In this document: piece after piece, positions 10,101-19,788 of the stretch | How the letters are laid out: each line of letters opens with the position of its first letter | How positions within the stretch are numbered: position 1 is the stretch's first letter | Assembly: GCA_002269645.1 (NCBI GenBank) | Contig: NIVC01002401.1 | Coordinates: 1 to 57,082, forward strand | Length of the DNA stretch: 57,082 nt | Origin: Macrostomum lignano | Taxonomy: Eukaryota | Direction of reading: 5' to 3' | Notes under the pieces: model-generated | What the model was told of the DNA's origin: nothing | The model's database searches: none | Seen by the model: only the letters and a program-made list of their open reading frames with translations | Translations under genes and position numbers: made by a program

Positions 10101-11480
10101 AGCTTCAGAAGAACCCATGGTGGCAGGCAAACACGAACCGTCTCGCACACATCCAGCAGGTCCGAATCTACACCCGACTGTGCACTCCGCCTTGTAGGGT
10201 GAACTTTAGAAACATCGTCGTTAAGGTCGACGGCCGCATCTGTGCCAGACACAAGGGCGTTGGACTCGGTTCGACAATCACTCTCAACTGCAACAGGGTC
10301 GGGCAGGTTGTAGAGATTCAGGCTATGGCACAAAAAACGTACCTGATGTTGTGCGAAGTCCAGGTTTTCGGAACGTATGCTTCTCTGGCTCATAAAGGAG
10401 GTAAGATTTTTAGAGTATCTATTTCGCTTTTCTGTTTGATATTTGGGGGTAATATCGGAGTGATTGTGCTAGTAGAATTCTACAAATCGACAGTCAATTC
10501 AAGTAGTGAATGTTTCTTTTGATTAGAAAGAAGATGGAGTTGCAAAAAGCGAATTGTATGAATGAGAATATCTGTCTAATATCCTTGACTTTTTTGTTCA
10601 TACAGCACTTCTGCCGCTGAAGCACTGCAGCCAAAGCTCCACCCACACGCCGTGCGCCAGAGCCATCGATGGGAAGCTGGCGCAGCACTTTACTGCAAAG
10701 TCCTGCTCTCATACGAAAATGCAGACGAAGCCGTGGTGGCAGGCAAAGACCATTAAGCCGGCCTTTATCCAACAGGTGCGAATCTACGCCCGCTTGTGCG
10801 GCCCGGTGTGCTCGCGGTATCTCAAAAACATCATCGTGAAGGTGGATGGGAGAGTGTGTGCCAGTTACCACTCCACTGCTGGCTATTTGTCAACGCGGAC
10901 TTTTAATTGCAATCGCTACGGCAGTACAGTTCGAATCGAATCTACTGCCAAGACCTACTTGATGCTGTGCGAGGTCCAGGTGTTGGCCGATACGGCAGGA
11001 AGCCACCAACCCGTGAGCTGAGTTTAGCATTAATCTGCGTGCTTTGTGCTTGAGCTCTGTGTTTGATCAAATTGATGCAGCCTCAAAGCTTCCTTAAATT
11101 TAAATTTCAGACATTGAACCTGGAACTGGTGAGGAGACTGGAACCCATGAGACAGGAACTACTGGTGAGTCGGGATCGCCTTCAGGACATGGAGAAACTG
11201 GGAGGTGGTGAGCTTTGAGAGGCACTGCATTGATGGCCACGACTCATCGGAGCACAAGCTGGGCACGTCCTGGACTACGAAGGTGCCGGCAGAGGGCTAC
11301 TGCTATCACTACTCGTGCACCGAGAAGTCCGAGGCGGGCCCTGTGAGCGTCGACTGCATGGACGCTTCCGGGCACTGCGTGAAGCCGAGCAGCGAGGGCA
11401 CGGACTTTGCCTGCAGATCCGGCTACACCAGCTGCTCTTGCGTCCACCGGGACGGCAGGACGGGCATCATTTTCTCCTGA
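1105..11480 (+). CDS. Secreted multi-domain F-type lectin (fucolectin/FTP, F5/8-like) gene: signal peptide, 10 lectin domains and a probable Cys-rich tail
   Basis: Exons 1105-1165, 1656-2063, 2280-2690, 2787-3197, 3308-3718, 3826-4236, 8308-8715, 8932-9342, 9453-9863, 9990-10400, 10606-11012, then 11111-11480 with unresolved frame. All have AG/GT sites. Each domain shows QSST..RAID.N, CxHT, PWW, V.IY.R and L.LCEV.V, the hallmarks of F-type lectin domains. Confidence 0.85.
1656..2063 (+). CDS. F-type lectin domain exon, type A (copy 1)
   Basis: tccag|TT..AC|gtaag, 408 nt, phase 1-1; RLPLQACRQSSTHTPCHRAIDGN...CSHT...PWWQ...IYNRLCGPGCS...LMLCEVQAFG. Confidence 0.88.
2280..2690 (+). CDS. F-type lectin domain exon, type B
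   Basis: tttcag|AC..G|gtaagt, 411 nt, phase 1-1; RIPLSDCRQSSTHTPCRRAIDNN...CAHT...IYTRLCTPPCRVYF...LMLCEVQVFG. Confidence 0.88.
2787..3197 (+). CDS. F-type lectin domain exon, type B
   Basis: ttttag|CC..A|gtaaga, 411 nt, phase 1-1, paralogous to 2280-2690. Confidence 0.88.
3308..3718 (+). CDS. F-type lectin domain exon, type C
   Basis: tctag|GT..C|gtaag, 411 nt, phase 1-1; MLPLQECRQSST...IYARLCGPVCSRY...LMLCEVQVFG. Confidence 0.88.
3826..4236 (+). CDS. F-type lectin domain exon, type B
   Basis: ttgcag|GT..G|gtagga, 411 nt, phase 1-1. Confidence 0.88.
4555..5231 (-). pseudogene. Tyrosine recombinase of the element, internally deleted
   Basis: N-terminal SAM-like part (AAYAP...WREFC...LLNYLASL...LLLRGAKR...KRPVSP) in ORF 4686-5231. 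C-terminal catalytic part YSAHSLRRGGATWA...IMRIGDWKSEAVQRYL in another frame at 4737-4555. The box I Arg region is missing. Confidence 0.85.
5108..6811 (-). pseudogene. RT/RNase H (pol) of the element with in-frame stops
   Basis: LKLEAW...ALPKDDGRVRLIHDCS...LPFGAAAS...YLDDF...FLGIEFDT, then RNase H ESDA*GRGG...INYKEA...CDNQ...HVPG..*..ADAASR. Stops at 5639-5641, 5378-5380 and 5309-5311. Confidence 0.88.
6812..7912 (-). pseudogene. Gag-like ORF1 with N-terminal SAP-like motif and C-terminal Cys/His zinc finger
   Basis: TVRALREKLQSLGLSTQGKKCELLMRL (SAP-like); CFDFNKEAGCSRRNCRFAHRCRRCGLGH (DIRS/Ngaro gag finger). ORFs 7091-7999 and 6812-7018 are one frame broken by TGA at 7091-7093 and 7061-7063. 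Confidence 0.75.
8308..8715 (+). CDS. F-type lectin domain exon, type A (copy 2)
   Basis: Near-identical to 1656-2063 with the same splice sites. Confidence 0.85.
8932..9342 (+). CDS. F-type lectin domain exon, type B (chimeric)
   Basis: 5' flank and start as exon 2280; 3' end and downstream intron as exon 2787-3197; 411 nt, open frame. Confidence 0.85.
9453..9863 (+). CDS. F-type lectin domain exon, type C (copy 2)
   Basis: Near-identical to 3308-3718. Confidence 0.85.
9990..10400 (+). CDS. F-type lectin domain exon, type B (copy 2)
   Basis: Counterpart of 3826-4236; open frame, AG/GT intact. Confidence 0.85.
10606..11012 (+). CDS. F-type lectin domain exon 10 (unique, outside the duplication)
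   Basis: tacag|CA; LLPLKHCSQSSTHTPCARAIDGK...CSHT...IYARLCGPVCSRY...LMLCEVQVL; likely donor GTGAGC at 11013 (phase 0). Confidence 0.85.
11111..11480 (+). CDS. Probable terminal exon(s) of the lectin: linker plus Cys-rich module (VWC/PSP94-like spacing), frame unresolved
   Basis: Acceptor tttcag at 11110; GC-rich ORF RHCIDGHDSSEHKLGTSWTTKVPAEGYCYHYSC...C...C...C...CSC ending in TGA at 11480. Confidence 0.5.
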
Positions 11481-12328
11481 ATGCCGAGCGGATGATGGTT
11501 CTACCATAAATTATTTACAGGATAGTTAAAACTTCCACACCTTACAATAGATTTTTAATCACTTTTATCCTCTCGATTTATTCATTTGTAAACTCTAACA
11601 TTTCTTTATCGAAGACTTTTCTATGATAAAATTTTTTGATAAAAATGCTGGATCATTTTTTATTCAGAGCAAGATTTAGAGAATTTTTCACCGATTTAAT
11701 AGATTCTCTGCACTCGTTTACTCCTACTCGTGTTTAGACACCCTCTTAACAAAAATGTTTAACTTACGCTCTCTCTGTCTGAAAATTTCTGATATTTATT
11801 TCTGAAAATAGTTGCACACGAAAAGTTGCCACAAGTTTCCAAATTCCATGCGATCCCAAATTAAAACTTGCTGCATGCTGAAGCTGCACGAGTGATTTTA
11901 ATCTTATTAACTGGTGTTTACGGCCTGATCGGATCGAATATTTTCAAATTCAATCGCTGTATTAAAATATGGTTTTGAAAATAAATTTTAGATACTCATT
12001 TTGAAGCATATAAAACAAAAGATCAGCACCTGTATTGCGCTTGTGTGGGCGTGGAAGTTGGCTCTCATGGCCGTAATTTAAGCATATATTTTTTGAGTAC
12101 ATACGAGCTAGTGAGCACAACGTTGCTACTGTTGCGTAACAGTGCAAGGGCGTACACGTGGGGGAACACAAAAGCGAGAGCAAAGGAGAGACCCGACGTA
12201 ACAGTGCAATACATCTCTCCCCCAACCAAAAAAGTACAAAGCCTAGAATTCGATAACTTCGCAGATTAAACATAAAGAAAACTGAAACATTGATTACATT
12301 TGAGTACATTTTTGCAAATATAATTTGT

Positions 12329-12660
12329 TCAATTAATAGAGCCCGACTGTGTTGCTGTGGCATTGTGTTCTGATGACGTGTTGCCGTACAGCCGGTGGGC
12401 TTCCAAAAGCCAGTCGCACAGCTTCGGTTGCTTCCTGGCGCAGCGCCGATTGAAATTATCTGACGGCTGCTGAACGTCTGCCTCCCCTGCTGTGTCTGCC
12501 ATCCGCTGTTGGCTGGCTGGGAGTGTCTCGTGCGCGTCACCGCCTCCGGCGTTCTGGTGCAGGCGTCGCCTTGACAGAGCCGCCTGCGCCTGCCAGACCA
12601 TGCCGGGCCACCAGACTTCATTCCGCAGCCATAACAACCAGACATAACAGTGCACTACAC
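12329..12660 (-). CDS. Possible orphan terminal exon of unknown product
   Basis: Acceptor-like gacag|, GC-rich codon usage, 108+ codons to TGA; no recognisable domain and no convincing upstream exon. Confidence 0.25.
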
Positions 12661-14503
12661 CACCTGTCTTTCAAACATTACAAATGCATAAATTAACAAA
12701 ATTCTTGCTTGCAGTTCATTGCTTTGTTGCAAATCTCAAATACAGAATTCAGCTAGTTTGAACTTTAGCTCACGGAGTCAGAAAACAAGGGAATGCAGGA
12801 ATAGAGTTATTGGGAACCCGCTCTGGGAGCTAAGTTAGAATATTCTGTAGTGAAAACTGCGTGAAAAGCAACGGATTGTCTGCAAATTTGCTGACTGCAT
12901 GGAATGCAGCACCGTGCACATCATATTCTCGGGGTCTCCTGCCGGGCCCTTAGCCAGGAAGTTGAAATCAAGGACAACTTGAGACTGCATGTTTTCTAGT
13001 GGTCCTTGGTTTAAATATTGAAGAACCTCAAATAAATCAACCTCTCTAATATCGGAAATCGGAATTTACGAGGGCAACAGTTTATCAATCTATGTGATTA
13101 AAAGGCCATTTTTCAAGCGAAAAATCTTTTCGCGAGTGGACGCTTCATTCATTGCAAGACACGTCCAGCTGCTGGGCCGCACAAGATGAAGTGCCTCGCG
13201 CCATCTCAGCTGGAATCCAACAAACCAGCGCGGCCGGGCAGAGCGGTTTCCCCTTCACCCAAGAGTTGCACTTTTCCACAGCAAAGGTGGTCACAGAAGA
13301 TCCCAGCGGCGCTCGGTTCAGATGCGAGAAAACACAGCAAAAGCATCCCGATACTTCTGCGTCTTTTTCTGACCCAGAAAAGCCCCGTTTGCCGGCGGTT
13401 AAAAAGGTCAAATTCTTCGCGCGCTGGTACCTCGTATTTACCATTCTGCAAAGCAGTTTCTGCAATCTTCTCGGCCGTTGCAAATAAGCCGGTTTTCTGC
13501 AGAGAAAAATGACGTTTTCTCTTAGGTATTGGCAAGCAAATAATATTTATTCACTGTCTTGTCGGAATCTGGCCCGAACTGCGATCGAGCAGGCTTTGAA
13601 TGCTTTAGAATTTTAGAAGTATCCACCCCCTGCCTTGGGAATCACCAGGAAGGTCGCACTTTACAATCAGAATTTGTGTTAATGTTTTCACCCCGGAAAC
13701 TAGTTTTCGAAAACTGGCAGCTTTAATCCAACTCCAGCCATAACTCTCCACTCCCTCCTCAGCAGCCTAAGCTGGTGCCTTGTGACGCGAATCGCATTAC
13801 CCACATTTGAATCGAGAACTGCAAGCTTGATGTGAGTTTAGACTTCTACTAGTACATGTTGCTGAGTGCATCTAATGTATTGAAAAAAGTTCGATTGATA
13901 CTAAACGGACTCTGAAATCCGACTATTTCATACATCTTGGAGGCTACAAAGCTGCTTGTTCATCTCTACTGCAAATTTCAGTACAAATGCATGCCATACT
14001 AAAACATGTCAGCTCGCTCGGTAGCAGGCAAAATGTTTTCATGTTTGCTCTTGAGCAGCGGTTTATCGTCTCAGCTGAAATGCTACAGCTGCGCATGAGG
14101 ACCTGGGGTGCCAAAAACCGCTGCAGGAGTGACATGTGCAGCGCAAATATTTTCGAACTAGCTTGGCCAGTGTTAAAATTTGGAGAGAATTACGACGGAG
14201 CTAAAGTGTCCGTAGCTGCAGAACGTGGTTGCAGAAAAAACGGCTGTATTTGTTAGCTTACTAGGTCTTCTTGAAGGCAGATTGAGCTTCCGAGAAGTGG
14301 CCAGGTATGACCGCAGAAAAAATAAGCTCGTTCGCTCAGAACAGCAAACCAAATGCACTTATGCATAGCAGCCAGGCAGCCAGTCCAGTATCTACAGACA
14401 GCCAATTGAAGGCCCACTAGCAGGGCTCCGAAGAGTCACTGATATAAGGCTGACCGAGCGAAGAAAATTTCAAAGCCAGCCCTTCTGCTCTGCCGGATTC
14501 GAA

Positions 14504-16629
14504 ATGCAGTCGATTGGCCTCGCCGCTCTCGCTCTGCTCTGCGCCGCCGCCTGCGCATCGGCGGCCAGCCCAGCCCGATACCCGCTGGTCCTGGTCTCCT
14601 GCGACGGCTTCCGCTACGACTACCTCAACTGGTACCCCAACGAGACGCAGTTCCTGAGGTCGCTCATCAAGCAGGGCGTGCACGTCAAGTCCATGAAGCC
14701 GGCCTTTGCCACAAAGACCTTCCCCAACCACTGGACCATCGCCACGGGACTCTACCAGGAGAGCCACGGCATCGTCGGCAACAGCATGTACGACCCGCTG
14801 TTCAACGCCTCCTTCAACAAGGGCACTCGAGATGAGCGCTGGTGGAACGCATCCGAGCCGATCTGGATCAACGCGAAGAAGCAGGGACTGAAGTCGGCCA
14901 CGTTCTTCTGGCCCGGCAGCGAGGTCTCGTTCAAGGGTGTTCGTCAGGACTACTGGTTCAACTACAGCGGAAGTGTGAGCTTTGAGACCCGGGTGAGCAC
15001 CGTGCTGGAGTGGATCACCGAGAAGGACGTGCAGATGGCCACAATGTACCTACATGAGCCCGACGGCACCGGACATGATTTCGGTCCTGAGTCTCAAGAA
15101 ATGAGGAAAGTTTTAAAGAAAGTTGACGACACCATCCGCTCGCTATTCGAAGGACTGAAGGCGAAGAAATTCTCAGATAAAGTCAATGTCCTGATTGTAT
15201 CAGACCACGGTGAGGACATTCTTAGTTTTGCCTAAAAGGAGGAAGCCTGAATGATTAAGCTGTATATTAATTGCTTGAGTTTTCTTTGTAACAGTTTCAT
15301 TTCTAGTGTGCGAACCTTCAAATCGAAAACTTATCTCGGACCAGATTTTTTAATCTAAAACCAACTTCCAAGATACAGCAAAGAGAGAGAAACAAGATTT
15401 TTATGTGTCGCAGAAAAGAATGAGCAAAACGCGGGAAGCACAGGTAACAGCTCTGTGATTTAGTATGTCTTTTTTCCTGACTTCCGTTCACTTCTGGCCG
15501 CTGACTGGGCTTTCTCTCAGCACAGGAGCTGAGCTGTTTGGCTGTGCATTTTATCTGAGCCGGTTAGCTGAGGCTTGCCATTGACCAGCAGTTGCAGGCA
15601 AGAATTGACGAAACTGTCAAAATTCGTTAGCCTTATCAGTAGTCCGCTATCTGAGATTCCCGCTGCAGCAGGGGCTGGGCGCAGAGTACAATTTTCTGTT
15701 TTTAACGCAGTTCAAACTGCCATCCATAGTGGAAGGAATCCATTCTCAGCTATCCAAGCGAGTATTCTGTAGGGTCGCCACGCCAGCCAAATGTCCCTGG
15801 CTGTACACTCAATATTCATTGCTGTGACAGGGGCAGCAACTGAAAACTGTAGGGAGTTGCGATCCCAGTACTGTCGGGACTTAAGAGGGCCAGTCAGGCA
15901 TATTTTAATACATTGTATTGGCACAACGATCCACATGTGTTTCACCCAGATTTTCCATCAATGTAAGCACTGCACCATTTGATACATATGCAGAATAGAA
16001 CCGACATTTGCATCATTTCAGGCATGATGGGCATGACGCCTGACAAGGTGATCCGCCTGAACAGCAGCATGGACGAGCTCGTAGACCGAGTCCTGGACAG
16101 CGGACCGCTGCTGGCCATGAATGCCAAGCCGGGTAAGCGGAAGCAGCTGGTGGAGTACCTCAACAACCAGGTGCGCCAGCGCAACCTTTCCATGCGCGTG
16201 TTCGACAAGGACAGTCTGCCGGAGCGACTCCACTACGCCAAAAACCGCAGGACGCCCGAGGTGCTCGTGCTGCCCGACCAGGGCTACCTGGTGCTGACCA
16301 GCAAGGATACGAAGCCAGTAAGTTCCGGTCACCACGGCTTCGACAACAGCTACAGCGACATGCGGGTGCCGATGTTCGCCGTTGGGCCCAGTTTCCGTCA
16401 AGGCGTCGAGCTAAACGGCGTAAACGACGGTAGCTTCCGTCAGGTGGACATCTACGGTCTGATGTGCCACCTGCTGCAGATCCGGCCGCAGCCAAACAAT
16501 GGGTCCGGCGAGTTGCTGCCACAGATGCTGAAGTCTTCAGCCCGCAGTGCCACGCGCGCCTCTAGCTGGCACCCGCTATTCGGCCTGATTTTCCTGGCTT
16601 GGGCTTTGCAGAAACTGATCATGACCTGA
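14504..16629 (+). CDS. Ectonucleotide pyrophosphatase/phosphodiesterase, ENPP4/5-like (~437 aa; exons 14504-15209, 16022-16629)
   Basis: Signal peptide; LVSCDGFRYDY, TKTFPNHWTIATGLYQESHGIVGN, YLHEPDGTGH, SDHG|M, GHHGFDN, VDIYGLMCHLL; hydrophobic C-terminal tail; phase-1 intron. Confidence 0.93.
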
Positions 16630-17392
16630 GTGCTTTTTCGGACAAGTACTGCTAAATCGTTTTAATTCTTCTCATCATCTTACCCTATATGAAAGTACTT
16701 TTCATAGAAAAGTTATATGTGCGAATATTGCTGCTTAAAGCATCATATTCGAATTTTATTGAATTTCTTTAAAAAATCGGAATACTTGTAACCGCTTAAA
16801 TAAAAAAATCCAACAGACTTTGTTTAATTTTTTGTAGCAGTGCCGGGATTCCCTTAATATATCAATATCAAGCCAGCTTCAGATTGAATCTCAATGCACA
16901 ATTACTCTATTGGTAAGCGACACGAAACTGGCAAAGCAATATAAAATTTTGAGAAAACGTTTTAGCAAAAATATTTCTTGGGCAATTATCGAGTTCCCAG
17001 TCAGAGTTTTGCCAGCTGTTCTGATGGGTTGGTGACACCAGCTGCGGGACTGTGAGGTGTTTGATGAAGCTTCAGCTGTAATCGAGAGGTGGAGCCTGTG
17101 GAGGGGGCAATGAGAAACCGAGAGCCCTCAAACCGTCCATTTAGCTTTCAGTTTGACGACAGCTGCCTCTCGCTCCACCGGTGTTTGAAGTGGGTGCGTG
17201 CAGCTGCTGAGAGCAGCCGCTGTCGCTGCAGGTGGGTTTATGGGTGCAAACTGAAGCTAATAGCCTGCTTCAAGCAGAGGGTGTCAGCAAGCAAACCACT
17301 TTCTCCAGTGCCTCTGTAAAAAGGCAAATATCGGAGCCATGAGAATGAATTCCGAAACTAGCTCGTAAAAACCTTTTATTCTGAAGCATTAC

Positions 17393-18623
17393 TTGAATCC
17401 ACTGCACTGTCTGAATCCACTGCACTGTCTGAATCCACTGCACTGTCCTGAATCCACTGCACTGTCTGAATCCACTGCACTGTCTGAATCCACTGCACTG
17501 TCCTGAATCCACTGCACTGTCCTGAATCCACTGCACTGTCTGAATCCACTGCACTGTCTGAATCCACTGCACTGTCCTGAATCCACTGCACTGTCCTGAA
17601 TCCACTGAACTGTCTGAATCCACTGCACTGTCCTGAATCCACTGCAGTGTCCTGAATCCACTGCAGTGTCCTGAATCCACTGCACTGTCCTGAATCCACT
17701 GCACTGTCCTGAATCCACTGCACTGTCCTGAATCCACTGCACTGTCCTGAATCCATTGCACTGTCCTGAATCCATTGCACTGTCTGAATCCACTGCACTG
17801 TCTGAATCCACTGCACTGTCCTGAATCCACTGCACTGTCCTGCATCCACTGCACTGTCCTGCATCCACTGCACTGTCCTGCATCCACTGCACTGTCTGAA
17901 TCCACTGCACTGTCTTGAATCCACTGCACTGTCCTTCATCCACTGCACTGTCCTGAATCCCTGCATTGTCCTGAATCCACTGCACTGTCCTGAATCCACT
18001 GCACTGTCCTTCATCCACTGCACTGTCCTGAATCCATTGCACTGTCTGAATCCACTGCACTGTCCTGAATCCACTGCACTGTCCTGAATCCACTGCACTG
18101 TCCTGAATCCACTGCACTGTCCTGAATCCACTGCACTGTCCTGAATCCATTGCACTGTCCTGAATCCATTGCACTGTCTGAATCCACTGCACTGTCTTGA
18201 ATCCACTGCACTGTCCTTCTCCTTCATCCACTGCACTGTCCTGCATCCACTGCACTGTCCTGCATCCACTGCACTGTCCTGCATGCACTGCACTGTCTGA
18301 ATCCACTGCACTGTCTTGAATCCACTGCACTGTCCTTCATCCACTGCACTGTCCTGAATCCCCTGCATTGTCCTGAATCCACTGCACTGTCCTGAATCCA
18401 CTGCACTGTCCTTCATCCACTGCACTGTCCTGAATCCCCTGCATTGTCCTGAATCCACTGCACTGTCCTGAATCCACTGCACTGTCCTTCATCCACTGCA
18501 CTGTCCTGCATCCACTGCACTGTCTTGAATCCACTGCACTGTCCTTCATCCACTGCACTGTCCTGCATCCACTGCACTGTCCTGAATCCACTGCACTGTC
18601 CTGAATCCACTGCACTGTCCTGC
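17393..18623. repeat. Minisatellite of 18/19 bp units (C)CTGAATCCACTGCACTGT, ~1.2 kb
   Basis: About 65 tandem units read directly; explains the repetitive ORFs at 17270-18634. Confidence 0.97.
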
Positions 18624-19035
18624 AGTCCCATCATGCCACTGCACTTTCCTACAATGTTATCACTCTGACCATACTACCAATCGAATATGCTTCTGACTTT
18701 AACATACGGGATATGACAAGGTTACCAAGGGAAAATTGACTTCGCTGAACTACTTCAGTATCAGTAAACTGATGCTGAATTAATAAAGTTTTTTATGGAA
18801 AGCAGGCGCTCCTGGTTAGAAATAAATAACGCTTTGAATCAGAACTCTTTCGTGCTGCCCGCCCGGACAGTTCAAAACAAAGGAAACTGCAAGCCTGTAT
18901 TAAAGTATCCTCAGGCCCATCAGGCACTTCGGGCCCATTTGAGTATTTGAGTTCATGATAATGAAGCTGACAGGGTCACTTAAGAAGTCTTTGGATCCAA
19001 ATAGCTTGAAAACTGTCCATCACAGACCGGTATAG

Positions 19036-19788
19036 TTAATCGAAGGGCGATACGCATTCACAAAGGGCGCCAAAGAGACCCATATCGGTGATGTCCACTA
19101 CGTCCACTATGGTCATGTGTCGAGCGGTGGCCATTTCGCTAAATCCACTCGGTTCACCAGTTCCCCACACAGAGCCGATCGTGATGTTGCAGCCGACCCA
19201 AAACCAGCCGTCTGCCTCCTGGGCTCCCGGAAACACCCGGTAGCCGCCCAGGTACATGGGATAGGTGGGGGAGTGAGCGACAAACAGGGCATTCACGTGG
19301 CTCAGCTCAGCTGCGTCAGCGACATCGGCCATGATCACCAGGCCCGGCTCCGACTCGCACCTTCCTCTCTGAACCGCCCAAGTTGCGTTGTTCTTCAGCA
19401 CCCGGTACTTCACTCCGCACAGCTCGTCGCCGTAGCCGGGAGGACACAGCGAGCCCGCCGAGAGTCCCGGCTGCCGCTTCACGAACAGGCGGCCTCTCCT
19501 GGAGCAGCCGCAGTCCCTCACCAACTTGCTGCACTTGTCGAACACGAACAGCTGGCACAGACCGTCGGCGGTGGTGAAGGCCTGGCAGCGCTGATCGGAG
19601 CCGCAATGCAGAGAGCACGGCAGGTCCGAGGTGATGCCGCTCAGGTTGCGGGTGAAGGCGCTGCGGATGCAGAGGGAGCCGTCCTTGACCTCTGAGAAGG
19701 CCACAGGGCACTGCTGGCTGCCCTGAGCCGCCACCAACAAGGCCAAGGTAGCCAAGATTCGAATCGATAGCTGAACTCCTTCTGGCAT
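19036..19788 (-). CDS. Secreted PAN/apple-like plus C-type lectin-like protein (single exon, 250 aa)
   Basis: Signal peptide MPEGVQLSIRILATLALLVAA; CSLHCGSDQRCQAF...CQLF (PAN); CPPGY...KY...TWAVQRGRC...YLGG...WFWV...WGTGEP...ALCE (CTLD). Confidence 0.75.
   Translation of the reverse strand: MPEGVQLSIRILATLALLVAAQGSQQCPVAFSEVKDGSLCIRSAFTRNLSGITSDLPCSLHCGSDQRCQAFTTADGLCQLFVFDKCSKLVRDCGCSRRGRLFVKRQPGLSAGSLCPPGYGDELCGVKYRVLKNNATWAVQRGRCESEPGLVIMADVADAAELSHVNALFVAHSPTYPMYLGGYRVFPGAQEADGWFWVGCNITIGSVWGTGEPSGFSEMATARHMTIVDVVDITDMGLFGALCECVSPFD

Larger units (their letters stand above)
7926..10586 (+). repeat. Tandem segmental duplication, copy 2 (4 domain exons)
   Basis: Matches 1272-4420 but lacks one 507 bp exon-plus-intron unit. 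Confidence 0.92.

Noticed and set aside
17270-18634. Long repetitive ORFs (QWIQDSAVDSGQCSGFRTV)
   Set aside because: Stop-free translation of an 18/19 bp minisatellite in all frames. The same applies to ORFs at 25683-26364, 41232-41730, 46221-46776 and 51015-51461.
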